In this document: one piece after another, positions 29,574 to 39,775 of the stretch
How the letters are laid out: each line of letters begins with the position of its first letter
How positions within the stretch are numbered: the stretch's first letter is position 1
DNA from: an uncultured Acidimicrobiia bacterium
GTDB lineage: Bacteria; Acidobacteriota; Terriglobia; Versatilivoradales; Versatilivoraceae
NCBI GenBank assembly: GCA_963786955.1
Contig: CAWBAT010000004.1
Span: 512,001 to 576,000, forward strand
Reading direction: 5' to 3'
Length of the DNA: 64,000 bases
The notes under the pieces: model-generated
The model's input: the letters and a program-made list of their open reading frames with translations, nothing else
Told to the model about the DNA's origin: nothing
The model's database searches: none
Position numbers and translations under genes: made by a program

Positions 29574-31316
29574 ATGCCCGTCGCAGCCTTCGAATCCTTC
29601 AATCGTGAGAAACCGGGGTGGACAGCCTATTTCGACTCTCCCCTGGCAGTTTACCAGGCAAATAGCCTCCAGGATGTGATTCCCGTACTGAAGCGAGCTG
29701 AGGAGGCCGCCCGCAAGCAACAATGGGCAGTGGTCCTGATCAGCTACGAAGCCTCCCCTATCTTCGACCCAGCCATGAGAGTCCACCCTCCAGGACGCTT
29801 TCCTCTGGTCTGGGTGGCAACCTTTGACCGGGTTGCAATGCCCCCCCCAGAGCCTGGGCCTTCCAAGAAGCGTTTCGAACCACTCGGATGGAATCCAATC
29901 ATTTCACGACAAGCCTACACTGCAGCCATCGCGAGAATCAGAGACTATATTTCACAGGGTGATACCTACCAGGTTAATTACACTTTTCCTCTTAGTGCGA
30001 AATTTCAAGGGGACAGCTGGGAATGGTATCGCCGGCTGGGTACAAATCAAGGCGCTGGGTATAGCGCTTATCTCGATTGCGGCCCATTTCAAGTCCTATC
30101 TTTCTCTCCGGAACTCTTTTTTGAAAGGCAGGGAACCCGTTTGCAGACTCGTCCAATGAAAGGAACCCTCGCACGCGGACGCTGGCTGGAAGAGGATGAA
30201 TCCCAGATTCAGCAATTGAAATCTTCCGCAAAAAACCGGGCCGAAAACATCATGATTGTCGACCTATTGAGGAACGATCTTGGGAAGATTTCGGACCTTG
30301 GAAGCGTTTGCGTGACCGAACTCTGCCAGGTAGAGAGCTATGAAACGTTGTTGCAAATGACGTCTACCATTGAGTCGACGATCCCAGCGACTACCACTCT
30401 ATTAGATTTGATGAGTGCTTTGTTCCCTTGTGGATCAGTCACCGGTGCCCCGAAAATTAGGACTATGGAGATCATTCGCGAACTGGAACCGGACCCACGA
30501 TTCATCTACACGGGGACGATGGGGTTCGTTCGTCCAGGAGGCGATTGTGTGTTTAACGTGGCCATACGTACCTTGTGGCTCGAGAAGGAGACCGGAGAAA
30601 CACGAATGGGGGTCGGCGGAGGAATCACAATCGATTCCTCTCCCGAGGATGAATATGCCGAGTGTCTGCTCAAATCGCAGTTCCTCAATCGCCAGCAGCC
30701 CGAATTTGAGCTCCTTGAATCCCTTTTACTGGAAAGTGGACAATATTTTCTGCTTTCTAGTCATTTGCTCCGGATGCAAAAGTCAGCTCGCTATTTTGGG
30801 TTTGCCTGGAAGGAATCCGTCGTGATGAACGCATTGGAGCGCATCAAAACGGATCACCTGGAAGGCAACTGGAAGGTTCGCCTGTTGTTGGCAAGAAATG
30901 GTATGATTCGAACCGAGATTTCCCCCCTTCCCTCAACTGCCCCTTCTCCTCTTGTAGTGGCTTTGGCGCCTCTGCCCGTTGATTCCAGAGACCCTTTTTT
31001 GTTCAACAAGACGACTCATCGAGAAATTTATGAATCACAATTGGCTGCCCGACCGGATTGTGACGACTTGATATTTTGGAACGAACGAGGAGAGGCCTGC
31101 GAGTCTAGTATCGCGAATATAGTCTTGGAGACCGCTGGGCTAAAATGGACTCCTCCAAGAAGATCCGGCCTCTTAGCAGGCACTTTTCGGGACGAGTTGA
31201 TCCAACAAGGCAAAATCCAGGAACGTGTCATCCCGAAAGCTGAGTTAGCCGCCGCTGGCAATTTCTACCTGATCAACTCTGTCCGAAAATGGATTCCCGC
31301 CCAACTGGTGATTTGA
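29574..31316 (+). CDS. pabB: Aminodeoxychorismate synthase component I / ADC lyase fusion
   Basis: GDTYQVN, SPELF, AENIMIVDLLRND, FPCGSVTGAPK, followed by a class IV PLP domain (NKTT.R, GLLAGTFR, INSVR). Confidence 0.92.
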   Translation: MPVAAFESFNREKPGWTAYFDSPLAVYQANSLQDVIPVLKRAEEAARKQQWAVVLISYEASPIFDPAMRVHPPGRFPLVWVATFDRVAMPPPEPGPSKKRFEPLGWNPIISRQAYTAAIARIRDYISQGDTYQVNYTFPLSAKFQGDSWEWYRRLGTNQGAGYSAYLDCGPFQVLSFSPELFFERQGTRLQTRPMKGTLARGRWLEEDESQIQQLKSSAKNRAENIMIVDLLRNDLGKISDLGSVCVTELCQVESYETLLQMTSTIESTIPATTTLLDLMSALFPCGSVTGAPKIRTMEIIRELEPDPRFIYTGTMGFVRPGGDCVFNVAIRTLWLEKETGETRMGVGGGITIDSSPEDEYAECLLKSQFLNRQQPEFELLESLLLESGQYFLLSSHLLRMQKSARYFGFAWKESVVMNALERIKTDHLEGNWKVRLLLARNGMIRTEISPLPSTAPSPLVVALAPLPVDSRDPFLFNKTTHREIYESQLAARPDCDDLIFWNERGEACESSIANIVLETAGLKWTPPRRSGLLAGTFRDELIQQGKIQERVIPKAELAAAGNFYLINSVRKWIPAQLVI

Positions 31317-31592
31317 TATTTTCCGAGCCGCCGTTAGAATTTACAGGGTCATGCTCAGGGATGTGAGTTTCGTCCAGAGGATACCCCTCAAAGGCACCCT
31401 AATGCTAACGACATGAAACCCGAAAAATTCCCTAGACCTGAAGCGTAAATACTGATAGCTTTTGGAGTTATTGTTTGGCTTCCTCGTTGACATTGAGGCT
31501 TCTTACTGAAAATTTAGGGTTTAACGACTGCGGGCGACTTTGACGATAAAATGACCTTAACGCCCTTGGTTTTTCATTAGCGGAGGAAATTC

Positions 31593-33563
31593 ATGTATAC
31601 GGACCACATGTTCCAGAACAAGGACAATAAAGCTGTCCGGGGATTATGGTCAGGTTCCGCAATTGTTTCTCGTTTAGCTGATTTGAGTTGGAAAGCGTTC
31701 CAGGCCGTAAACCGCCGCTTGCCTGAGGGCGAGCTTCCAACTCCTAAGTGGGCGCCAGGAAAGATGTTAAAGAGTCATGAACGGTCCGCTCCAACCCTTG
31801 GATTTCCTCGCTCGACGGATTCCCTTTGTCCCAAATGCGTGCCTGAAGTAAGAAGCGCCATCATCCGGGGAGAAACTGAAATTTCCTCACTGGTGAACGA
31901 AAATCCAGGAGAAATCAAAGCTCAAATTGTCGAAGAGGGTGGACGCGTCTTGATGAGGAAAGTTTGTGAAAAGCACGGCCCCTTTGAAGACGTCTTATCA
32001 ACCAGCCCCGCCTTCTCTCGCAGAATTGAGAGCCTCTTTTTCGGGCGTGATTTCAAGTGTGCCGAGGATGAGGATATTCATCGTCACGGGACTTCCTCGA
32101 TCAAGTATGGCCGCGGAGCGGTTCTTACAGTCGATCTGACGAATCGGTGCAACATGATGTGCAACCCTTGCTTCATGGACGCAAACCAGGTGGGTTATGT
32201 GCATCAGCCTGAGTGGGAAGACATCAAGGCGATTTTCGATCGGGCGATTTCCTTCAAACCCAAGCGTCAGATTATTATCCTTCTCTCGGGCGGAGAACCC
32301 ACAATTTCTCCCTTCTTTTTGGAAGCCGTCGCGTACGCCAAGAAGATCGGTTTTTACCGGATCATGGCTGCCACCAATGGAATTCGCTTCGCTCAGAGCG
32401 AAGAATTTACTCGCCAGGCTCATGAAGCTGGCCTCCATGGCGCTTACTTGCAATTCGATGGTACGACCAACGAACTTAATCAGCATCGTGGGGTCGGGAA
32501 TCTTTTCGATGTCAAATTGCAGGCCATTGAAAACATGGCCAAAGTTGGAATGAAAACAACGTTAGTCACCACGATTGTCAATGGTGTGAATAACCACGGA
32601 ATTGGGGCCATTGTTGATTTCGCAGTGCGTAATATTGATAAGATCCAGACTATCGCTTTTCAGCCGGTGTCATTTACCGGGAGAGACGAAGACATTGACG
32701 ATGAAACTCGCTATGCCCAGCGTTACACCCTCTCCCAGATGACTGAGGACTTAAGAGAGCAGCTGGGTTCCGACTGGGATCCGATGCGCGACTGGTTTCC
32801 TCTTTCTTCCTACAGTGCTTTTACCAGTGTCATGGATCTGTTGCAGGGAGCGGATGCTCCCTGGGGTTGGAGTGCGTGCAACTGTCATCCTAATTGCGGC
32901 ATTTTTTCTCTGTTGGTGGTAAATCGCAAAACCCACGAATTTACCCCCCTCTATAAGTTCTTTGATTATGAACAGTTTATCCGTGATGTGGCGGTGATCA
33001 CAGACACGGCTCGCGGCAAGACACTCACGGCTGCCCAATTGGCTCTCTCCATCATGCGGAACTACAAAGCGGGCAAAGCCCCTGAAGGGTTCCCCATTCA
33101 ACAAATCGTCAACCTCTTTAAGCCCAGTTCCAGCACACCGAACAGTGATCGAAATGATCGCATGAAGATTCAAAGTGAGAATGATAACTGGCGCATTTTG
33201 TGCGTTGAAGGGATGTGGTTCCAGGATCTCTGGACCTACGACTTTCGCCGGACGGAAATGTGCGTGATTCCCTACGGAACTCAGGAAGGAGAGATTTCTT
33301 TCTGTGCGTACAATACCGGGGTCGGCTGGCGACAGATCATCGAGAACATGCACCAGACAGCCACCCTCGCCGAATGGCATCGCACTGAGGGAAGGCATGA
33401 GATCTTCGCAAAAGGGAAACCCGTTCCGCTGAGAACCGATCAACATCATTTGATCTTACCGGTTATTCAACCCGCTTCGGGAGGTGGGAGTTGCTGTAAC
33501 TCCAACCCGGCAATTTCGGAGAAGGATCGGGAGATTCTCGCAGCTGTTCGTACTGGGAAATAG
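31593..33563 (+). CDS. Tetraether lipid synthase (Tes/GDGT-MAS, MJ0619-like) radical SAM homolog
   Basis: SLCPKC..RKVCEKHG metal site, DLTNRCNMMCNPCF (CX3CX2C), SGGEPT, YLQFDG, FQPVSFTGR, CHPNCG, C.I.Y..ISFCAYN. Confidence 0.82.
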   Translation: MYTDHMFQNKDNKAVRGLWSGSAIVSRLADLSWKAFQAVNRRLPEGELPTPKWAPGKMLKSHERSAPTLGFPRSTDSLCPKCVPEVRSAIIRGETEISSLVNENPGEIKAQIVEEGGRVLMRKVCEKHGPFEDVLSTSPAFSRRIESLFFGRDFKCAEDEDIHRHGTSSIKYGRGAVLTVDLTNRCNMMCNPCFMDANQVGYVHQPEWEDIKAIFDRAISFKPKRQIIILLSGGEPTISPFFLEAVAYAKKIGFYRIMAATNGIRFAQSEEFTRQAHEAGLHGAYLQFDGTTNELNQHRGVGNLFDVKLQAIENMAKVGMKTTLVTTIVNGVNNHGIGAIVDFAVRNIDKIQTIAFQPVSFTGRDEDIDDETRYAQRYTLSQMTEDLREQLGSDWDPMRDWFPLSSYSAFTSVMDLLQGADAPWGWSACNCHPNCGIFSLLVVNRKTHEFTPLYKFFDYEQFIRDVAVITDTARGKTLTAAQLALSIMRNYKAGKAPEGFPIQQIVNLFKPSSSTPNSDRNDRMKIQSENDNWRILCVEGMWFQDLWTYDFRRTEMCVIPYGTQEGEISFCAYNTGVGWRQIIENMHQTATLAEWHRTEGRHEIFAKGKPVPLRTDQHHLILPVIQPASGGGSCCNSNPAISEKDREILAAVRTGK

Positions 33564-33610
33564 CTTCTTCCGCAAATCGTCTCGTTTTTGCATCTCTGTG
33601 AAATTAATGG

Positions 33611-33639
33611 AACGCAGGCCCCGGTGGCCTGCGTTTTTT
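33611..33639 (+). terminator. Intrinsic terminator after the radical SAM gene
   Basis: aacgcaggcc-ccggt-ggcctgcgtt followed by a T run. Confidence 0.7.
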
Positions 33640-33647
33640 GTTGAACC

Positions 33648-34706
33648 ATGAAATACTCCATTGCTGAACTCGCCAAACTCCTCGGGTTGGCCTTTCAGGG
33701 TGACGGAGAAAGGATACTCTCCCGCGTTTCTGGCTGGGACAAGGCCGATGACGCGTCTCTGATCTTCATTGATGGGCAGAAGCCCGCCGGGTTTTCTTCC
33801 GATCCCCTTCCAGCCGCTTGTGTCATGACGTCTCGACAACTCGTTCACTCGAATTGGAATGCCATCCTGTCGGAAAAACCGAAACTGGATTTTTCCAGAG
33901 CAGCCGAACTATTGGCTCCACGACCAATCGGTCGCGGGCTGATTCACCCGACGGCAATCATTGATCCAGAAGCCCTCCTAGAGGAAGCCGTAGAAATTGG
34001 CCCCTATGTGGTTGTTGGAGCAAAAACGAGAATAGGAAAAGCATCCATTCTAATGGCCGGAGTGTGCATCGGGGAGGAGTGTGTTCTCGGAGAAAATTGC
34101 ATCCTCCACCCGAGAACGACCCTCTATCCGGGAGTACACTTAGGAAATCGCGTGACGTTGCACGCGGGAGCGGTTGTGGGCGGTGATGGATTCGGATACA
34201 TCTTTGATGGCAGAGAGCATGTCAAATTCCCTCAGATTGGGAGCGTCGTCATTGAAGACAATGTAGAAATAGGCGCCAATACTACCATTGATCGAGGCTC
34301 CCTGGGCGTCACTCGCATCGGTTGCGGGGCCAAGATCGATAACCTCGTCCAGATTGCCCACAATGTGGAGATTGGAAGAGGAGTCGTCATAGCCGCCCAA
34401 ACTGGCATTTCAGGGAGCACCGTGATTGAGGATCATGCCATCATTGGCGGGCAAGTGGGGTTTGGTGACCATGCTCGCGTGGAGAGCGGTGCCGTAATCG
34501 GTTCAAAAGCCGGTGTTTTGCCTGGGAAAATCGTCCGCGGAGGACAGGTCTACTGGGGAGTTCCGGTACGCCCTCTTCAGGAATACAAGAAACTCAATGC
34601 TTTGTTTGGCCGGCTGCCTGAAATGAAGAAACAAATTGATCAATTGTTGCTCAGACTCAGGGAACTTGAGGAGAAGTTTTCGAAAGGGCTCTCGAAGGAA
34701 GAATGA
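33648..34706 (+). CDS. lpxD: UDP-3-O-acylglucosamine N-acyltransferase
   Basis: Hexapeptide repeats, [18 protein letters not shown] and [11 protein letters not shown]. Confidence 0.93.
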   Translation: MKYSIAELAKLLGLAFQGDGERILSRVSGWDKADDASLIFIDGQKPAGFSSDPLPAACVMTSRQLVHSNWNAILSEKPKLDFSRAAELLAPRPIGRGLIHPTAIIDPEALLEEAVEIGPYVVVGAKTRIGKASILMAGVCIGEECVLGENCILHPRTTLYPGVHLGNRVTLHAGAVVGGDGFGYIFDGREHVKFPQIGSVVIEDNVEIGANTTIDRGSLGVTRIGCGAKIDNLVQIAHNVEIGRGVVIAAQTGISGSTVIEDHAIIGGQVGFGDHARVESGAVIGSKAGVLPGKIVRGGQVYWGVPVRPLQEYKKLNALFGRLPEMKKQIDQLLLRLRELEEKFSKGLSKEE

Positions 34707-34754
34707 TTGGCATTGGATTGCGGCTTATAGGGTTTTCTCCTAAAGGTATCACCC

Positions 34755-35594
34755 ATGTTCATAGCTCTCCAAAGTCTCGTGACCATGCACTGCAACCTGC
34801 TCACCGACATTCGGGTCGCGACCGAGACAGGGCACTCCGGCATCGAAATTAACGGTCCCAAATTGAAGCGATATCTGGCACAAGGCTACGAGATCGAAAG
34901 CCTTTTGCCCCTGTTGAAGGACCTGCCGCCCGTCGGACTGACCTATGTCCAGGACATCGAGCGAAAGGATCCACGGCAACGGGCCGCACTCCTGGAAGAA
35001 TGTGAAGTGCTCTGTTCCCTGGCTGAGAAATTGGGTTGTCCGATGGTGCAGCTACTGACAGGACCGCTCGATCCAAACGGTTCCTATAAGGGGCTGGGAG
35101 ACATTCCTTGGTCGGAACTCCGCGAGCAGACCGCAAAGAATCTAAGGTCAATCGCAAAGATTGGACGGGCACATCAGGTTCGATTCTTTCTCGAAGCTCT
35201 CACATGGACGCCCCTTCACAAGCTCAGCCAAGTCCTCGAAGTCATCGACGCTGCAGGCGAGAATAATATTGGGCTCGTGGTTGATTTTTGGCACTTATGG
35301 GACAGCGGGACGACTGCAGACGAGATAGCAAAGCTTCAGAAAGATGTTATCTACTGCGTCCACTTTTGTGATTCTCTCGAGAAGTGGGGTGAACGCGGAA
35401 CGCACGAGCAGCGAGGCCGGGATGTGTGGACCGGAGGGGGTCGAATTCCCCTGAAGGAATGGGTCGACGCCGTCAAAAGCACCGGTTTCGATGGGTGTTG
35501 GTCTTGCGAACTGCTAAGTCCGAAATACTGGGAACTCGATCCATGGAAGACGGCTCGCGACCTGAAGGGTTTCTTGGAATATTTGCTCCACTAA
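34755..35594 (+). CDS. Sugar-phosphate isomerase/epimerase (xylose isomerase-like TIM barrel)
   Basis: FFLE, VVDFWH, VHFCD, G.G.IPL and GFDG.WSCE metal motifs. Confidence 0.88.
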   Translation: MFIALQSLVTMHCNLLTDIRVATETGHSGIEINGPKLKRYLAQGYEIESLLPLLKDLPPVGLTYVQDIERKDPRQRAALLEECEVLCSLAEKLGCPMVQLLTGPLDPNGSYKGLGDIPWSELREQTAKNLRSIAKIGRAHQVRFFLEALTWTPLHKLSQVLEVIDAAGENNIGLVVDFWHLWDSGTTADEIAKLQKDVIYCVHFCDSLEKWGERGTHEQRGRDVWTGGGRIPLKEWVDAVKSTGFDGCWSCELLSPKYWELDPWKTARDLKGFLEYLLH

Positions 35595-35631
35595 AAGTTG
35601 TATTTGTCTTTTCGATTGGAGGTTGAGTGGT

Positions 35632-36888
35632 ATGCCAGGTCCGGGAATGGAGCTCATTGGAGAGGAAGAAATTCAGGAAGTGCTCGAGGTTTTAAGGGGA
35701 GGATACCTCTTCCGTTATGGCGTCTCGCTGGGAACCGAAGTAGATCCTCGCTTCAAAGGAAAAGTTTATCAATGCGAACAGGAAATCGCTCGCTACTCAG
35801 GCGCCCGTTACGCGGTCGCGGTAAATTCCGGCACCTCAGCCCTGCTAACCGCTTTGAGCGGGTTGGGAATCGGCCCTGGAGATGAAGTCATAGTCCCAGG
35901 CTACACCTTTATCGCAAGCATCTCCTCCATTGTATATGCACGGGCCATCCCGGTCTTGGCTGAGATTGACCGGACTTTTAACTTGGATCCGAAAGACGTA
36001 GAGGCAAAAATAACGCCGCATACTAAAGCGATTATGGTCGTCCATATGATGGGGAGCCCTGCCCGGCTAGATGAACTCAGAGACATCGCTAATCTACATG
36101 GCTTGCCGCTTGTTGAGGATTGTGCGCAAGCCTTTGGAGCGAGTTATAAGGGAAAGCCTGTAGGCTCCATTGGGAAGGTCGGAACATTCAGCTTCAACGT
36201 CTACAAGACCATAACATCTGGGGATGGGGGGATGGTCATCACAGATGATGAAGATCTCTATCGACGCTGTTTCGCGTTTCACGATCAGGGCCATTCGCCC
36301 CTTCGAACCGGAGTGGAAATAGGCAATCGTCCCTTTATTGGGCTCGACTTTCGATTCACCGAACTTCAAGCTGCCGTGTTGCTGGCCCAATTCAGGAAGC
36401 TTCCTCGGATCCTCAGTCATCTGCGGGCCAATAAAAAGCACTACAAGGAATTGATTGCCGATTTGCCCGACCTGGAGTTTAGGGAGCTACCCGATCCCGA
36501 GGGAGACTGCGCCACGATGCTGACGGTGATTCTGCCCAGCGCCGAGATTGCCGAGAAAATTGCGAAGGATCTGGGAACGAAGGTAACGGCAGAAGCCGGT
36601 TGGCACGTTTACAAGAATATGGAGCAGATCATGGAGCAGCGGACTATTACGAGTGAAAAATGTCCTTTCTCCTGCCCCTATTACACGAGCAAGGGCGGGA
36701 GTATGCAATATCGAAAAGGGATGCTCCCTCAGACAGACGACCTATTGGGTAGATCTCTCAATATCAGCATCGGGGTATCTGATCCAGGACTGAGTTCATC
36801 CTTCGGTGTAACCATGAAGGACGGATTGGATGTGGTTGAGGAACGTGCAGCCCTGTTCCGACGTGTGGCTAGTCAATATTTAAGGTAA
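35632..36888 (+). CDS. DegT/DnrJ/EryC1/StrS PLP aminotransferase, KdnA-like
   Basis: NSGTSAL, GIGPGDEVIVP, EDCAQA and SFNVYKTITSGDGG. The N-terminus MPG..ELIGEEE..LFRY resembles KdnA as recalled. Confidence 0.9.
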   Translation: MPGPGMELIGEEEIQEVLEVLRGGYLFRYGVSLGTEVDPRFKGKVYQCEQEIARYSGARYAVAVNSGTSALLTALSGLGIGPGDEVIVPGYTFIASISSIVYARAIPVLAEIDRTFNLDPKDVEAKITPHTKAIMVVHMMGSPARLDELRDIANLHGLPLVEDCAQAFGASYKGKPVGSIGKVGTFSFNVYKTITSGDGGMVITDDEDLYRRCFAFHDQGHSPLRTGVEIGNRPFIGLDFRFTELQAAVLLAQFRKLPRILSHLRANKKHYKELIADLPDLEFRELPDPEGDCATMLTVILPSAEIAEKIAKDLGTKVTAEAGWHVYKNMEQIMEQRTITSEKCPFSCPYYTSKGGSMQYRKGMLPQTDDLLGRSLNISIGVSDPGLSSSFGVTMKDGLDVVEERAALFRRVASQYLR

Positions 36889-37139
36889 TGGTAGTTAGTT
36901 TCTAAGTACTCGGGGCAGAACCGCGAGAATGCTGCTATTCGCATCCCTGTTTTCGACTACTGTCACTCGCGCGACTATGCTACGTCCACTCAGAGGTTGT
37001 TTCCTAATTGCCCATTTTTGCCGCGAGAAAGGGCCGTTTAAGCCTTAAAAACACCCTTCAAATCAGCCGTATTCCCCATCCAAAGCGGATCTTGTGTGGT
37101 CCGACCCCGCTTGCTTCTTTGCTTGCTATTTTTGCTGAC

Positions 37140-37397
37140 TTCGCATGATCCGCTTTATCGGTTTGGGCAATGGCAAGCCAATCTGCACATCCTTGCGGCG
37201 ACCGAAATCAAGACCGTCCCCTACGTTCCCCTATCTCTCCGTTTGTGGAACGGTTGATCGGGATCCTTCGCCGTGAGTACTTGGATCGCACGTTGTTCTG
37301 GGCGAGCGGGGATCTGGAAAACAAGCTGCTCGATTTCAGGCCCTACTTCAACGCTCATCGCAGACACAGCCAACGTAAGTCCCGAACCATCCTATAG
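37140..37397 (+). pseudogene. Integrase-core (rve) transposase fragment
   Basis: HDPLYRFGQWQANLHIL..EIKTVPYVPLS / PFVERLIGILRREYLD..YFNAHRRH across a frameshift; N-terminus absent. Confidence 0.8.
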
Positions 37398-37999
37398 AAG
37401 TCCCCGAGTAACGCTCTTAGGCCAGGACCATCTTTACATTCCAACGGTCCGCCCTGCACCTATGCATACAAAGTCCACAGAGCGACCACTTTCCACAAGT
37501 GATACGACCGAAAAGCACCGCTGCAGCCCGGTCACGACTTTGGATCAGTTTTTTGGCCATACGACAGGTTCATTCCTACCAAATTCCACAGACGATGGAT
37601 GACCTGACACGAGGCTTTCCTCACTCCATGATAGCCACAGTGGGCAATACTCCTGCGCCAGACCATACAAGCATTCCACTAATTGGGGGTGAGATTGTGC
37701 TTGCGGTCAATGCTGCCATATGATCGCCTGATCCCACTAGCTGACAGGCGCATTGCTGAGAAATCTGTCCCGTTGACCAACCAGCCGACGTTCGGGCATT
37801 CTTACGTTCTGATTGCGGCAGCCGATGGCCTATCTGAGATTGAGGCTTCGGCAATGGTTACGCCTACGATAATACTTCAGTTGTCTATAATCTGAACAAA
37901 ACTCAAAAATGTCTTTACAGGCATTTTCAGATGTGCTTATGTTAGCATAGATTTCGAATTTTAAAATAAAAAACTGTAACAATCGCGGAGAACACTCAC

Positions 38000-38566
38000 A
38001 TGAAAAATCGACCATGTGTCTTGGTGTTGCTCCTCTGCACCCTGCTTGTAAGCATTGCGTTCGCGGAGGAGCGATTCACACTAGAAGATGGACAGTACGT
38101 TGTGAAGGGGAAAAACCTTCCGAAATTTGTCTGTGTACGAGGTTTTTTTGATTACGCATTTTCTAGCTTCCGAGCGGGAGAGGGGAACTACAAGGATTTT
38201 CTCAAAAAACTAGGTATGGAGCCCGACACTCCTGCTTCTAGGATAGTCACTCGAGCAATGTTTCTGGCTCAAGCCCTCTTGACTGAGGAGGTAGACTTAG
38301 GACCTTATGTGAATGCAGAGCCCGCTGTTTATGATGCCGTCAACCTCAGTTACTTGCGCAACCAAGTCCCACGCATGAAATCAATATACGATTCTATGCT
38401 TAAGGATATGAGTGCGATAGGAGTGCCCGCCGATGCAATCGAAATATTTATTGATCAGACTATCAGACCGTCAACGATAATAATTTCAGCACCCGAAACA
38501 CCAACTAAAGTATTACAGATAATGGATACATTTGAGAATACTGAAGCCGCAAAGGAGAGCAAATAA
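38000..38566 (+). CDS. Secreted hypothetical protein
   Basis: RBS GGAG, signal peptide ending AFA, AT-richer region. Confidence 0.75.
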   Translation: MKNRPCVLVLLLCTLLVSIAFAEERFTLEDGQYVVKGKNLPKFVCVRGFFDYAFSSFRAGEGNYKDFLKKLGMEPDTPASRIVTRAMFLAQALLTEEVDLGPYVNAEPAVYDAVNLSYLRNQVPRMKSIYDSMLKDMSAIGVPADAIEIFIDQTIRPSTIIISAPETPTKVLQIMDTFENTEAAKESK

Positions 38567-39007
38567 ATGAACCGTAAACTATTATTGTTTGTGGCTGTAA
38601 TTTTGACATCACCCGCTGTTGTCAATGCTACAGTGCTTTCTGTCACTCCGAGATTCACGGGATATATGTTGGGTGGATTACCTTACGCAAGGGGCGAAGC
38701 TACTGGACGGGCCGACTCTGTTTCCCCAGAAGATTATAACCACCTACTGCTTGTTTCAGTAGAAGTCTATAGGAGTTCATCTTCAACTCAATGCGGATAC
38801 ACAGACACGTACACGTATCTTACCAATGGCTCTGGCGCTGTTACTATCACACGTAGTGGTCAGACTAATCTTGTTCAAACGCAATCTCCCAACCCGGTTA
38901 CACAATGTAAGATGCATAGAGTAATGGGCGCCGTAAGCATCATAGGCAGCTGTACCCGGGGGGAACAAGTGTTTACTTGTGGAAGTGTCCCCGCATGTAT
39001 GGAATAA
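38567..39007 (+). CDS. Secreted Cys/Thr-rich hypothetical protein
   Basis: Starts immediately after the upstream TAA; signal peptide ending VNA; 5 Cys. Confidence 0.72.
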   Translation: MNRKLLLFVAVILTSPAVVNATVLSVTPRFTGYMLGGLPYARGEATGRADSVSPEDYNHLLLVSVEVYRSSSSTQCGYTDTYTYLTNGSGAVTITRSGQTNLVQTQSPNPVTQCKMHRVMGAVSIIGSCTRGEQVFTCGSVPACME

Positions 39008-39329
39008 CAATTTCAGCTTAGGGCTATGAAACTAGATTCAAGACTGGGTTAAGGCCCCCGCGATGGGCGGCTATAGCTTATTAAGGGAATGCGCCCTCAC
39101 CAGGTCGTAGCACTCTTGCCAATTTCCGATCACAATCTGTGCCTACTTCCACTAATATAAACGCATTACAAACAAGCGGGGCCGGACCAAGCAAGATCCT
39201 TTCTGGATGCTGAATACATGGGATTTTGGAGGTATTTTTTATACTTAGAACCCCTTTTTTTAAATGGAAAAAGGGGTATTGTGAAAAAGGCTCTGCGCGG
39301 AGTAGCATAAGCATGAGAGAGAGTCATAC

Positions 39330-39636
39330 GCTGGGCAGAATCTTCAGCTATGAAGGGGAAAACCGCCAGAAGACCTTTGATGGAGGGATGGGGAACACGG
39401 CCCAATACGTGTATGATGGAGACGGAAAAGGAATCAAGAAGATCCAGGGGGGAGCGACGACCCTCTATGTCTACAATGCCTTCGGAAACTTGATCGCGGA
39501 ATACTCTGACCATCCTTCCTCATCCGGGGGGACGACTTACCTGACCACGGATCATTTGGGGACCCCGCGGGTGGTGACCGATCCGAGCGGGGCCAGCCAG
39601 AACATAAACTTCTGCAATTTAGTAATAGTTTCATAA
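39330..39636 (+). pseudogene. RHS/YD-repeat core fragment
   Basis: FSYEGENRQ..YVYDGDG..YVYNAFGNLIAEY..YLTTDHLGTPRVVTD; no N-terminus and no toxin tip. Confidence 0.82.
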
Positions 39637-39775
39637 ACCCGCTAACGTATCTTTGAGCTTCCAGTAGACGGGGTTGTCTGCCAGACAGCGGATCGGGTGA
39701 GGGGTAGCTTCGCGTGTTAGAGTCTTTCATAATTAATTGAATGCAACTTGGTATAAGGTCTGACGATTACAGCTG

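Noticed and set aside
32751-33449. 232-aa minus-strand ORF
   Set aside because: Antisense shadow of the radical SAM gene.
37400-37900. Several short overlapping ORFs after the integrase fragment
   Set aside because: No recognisable motif, RBS or consistent frame.
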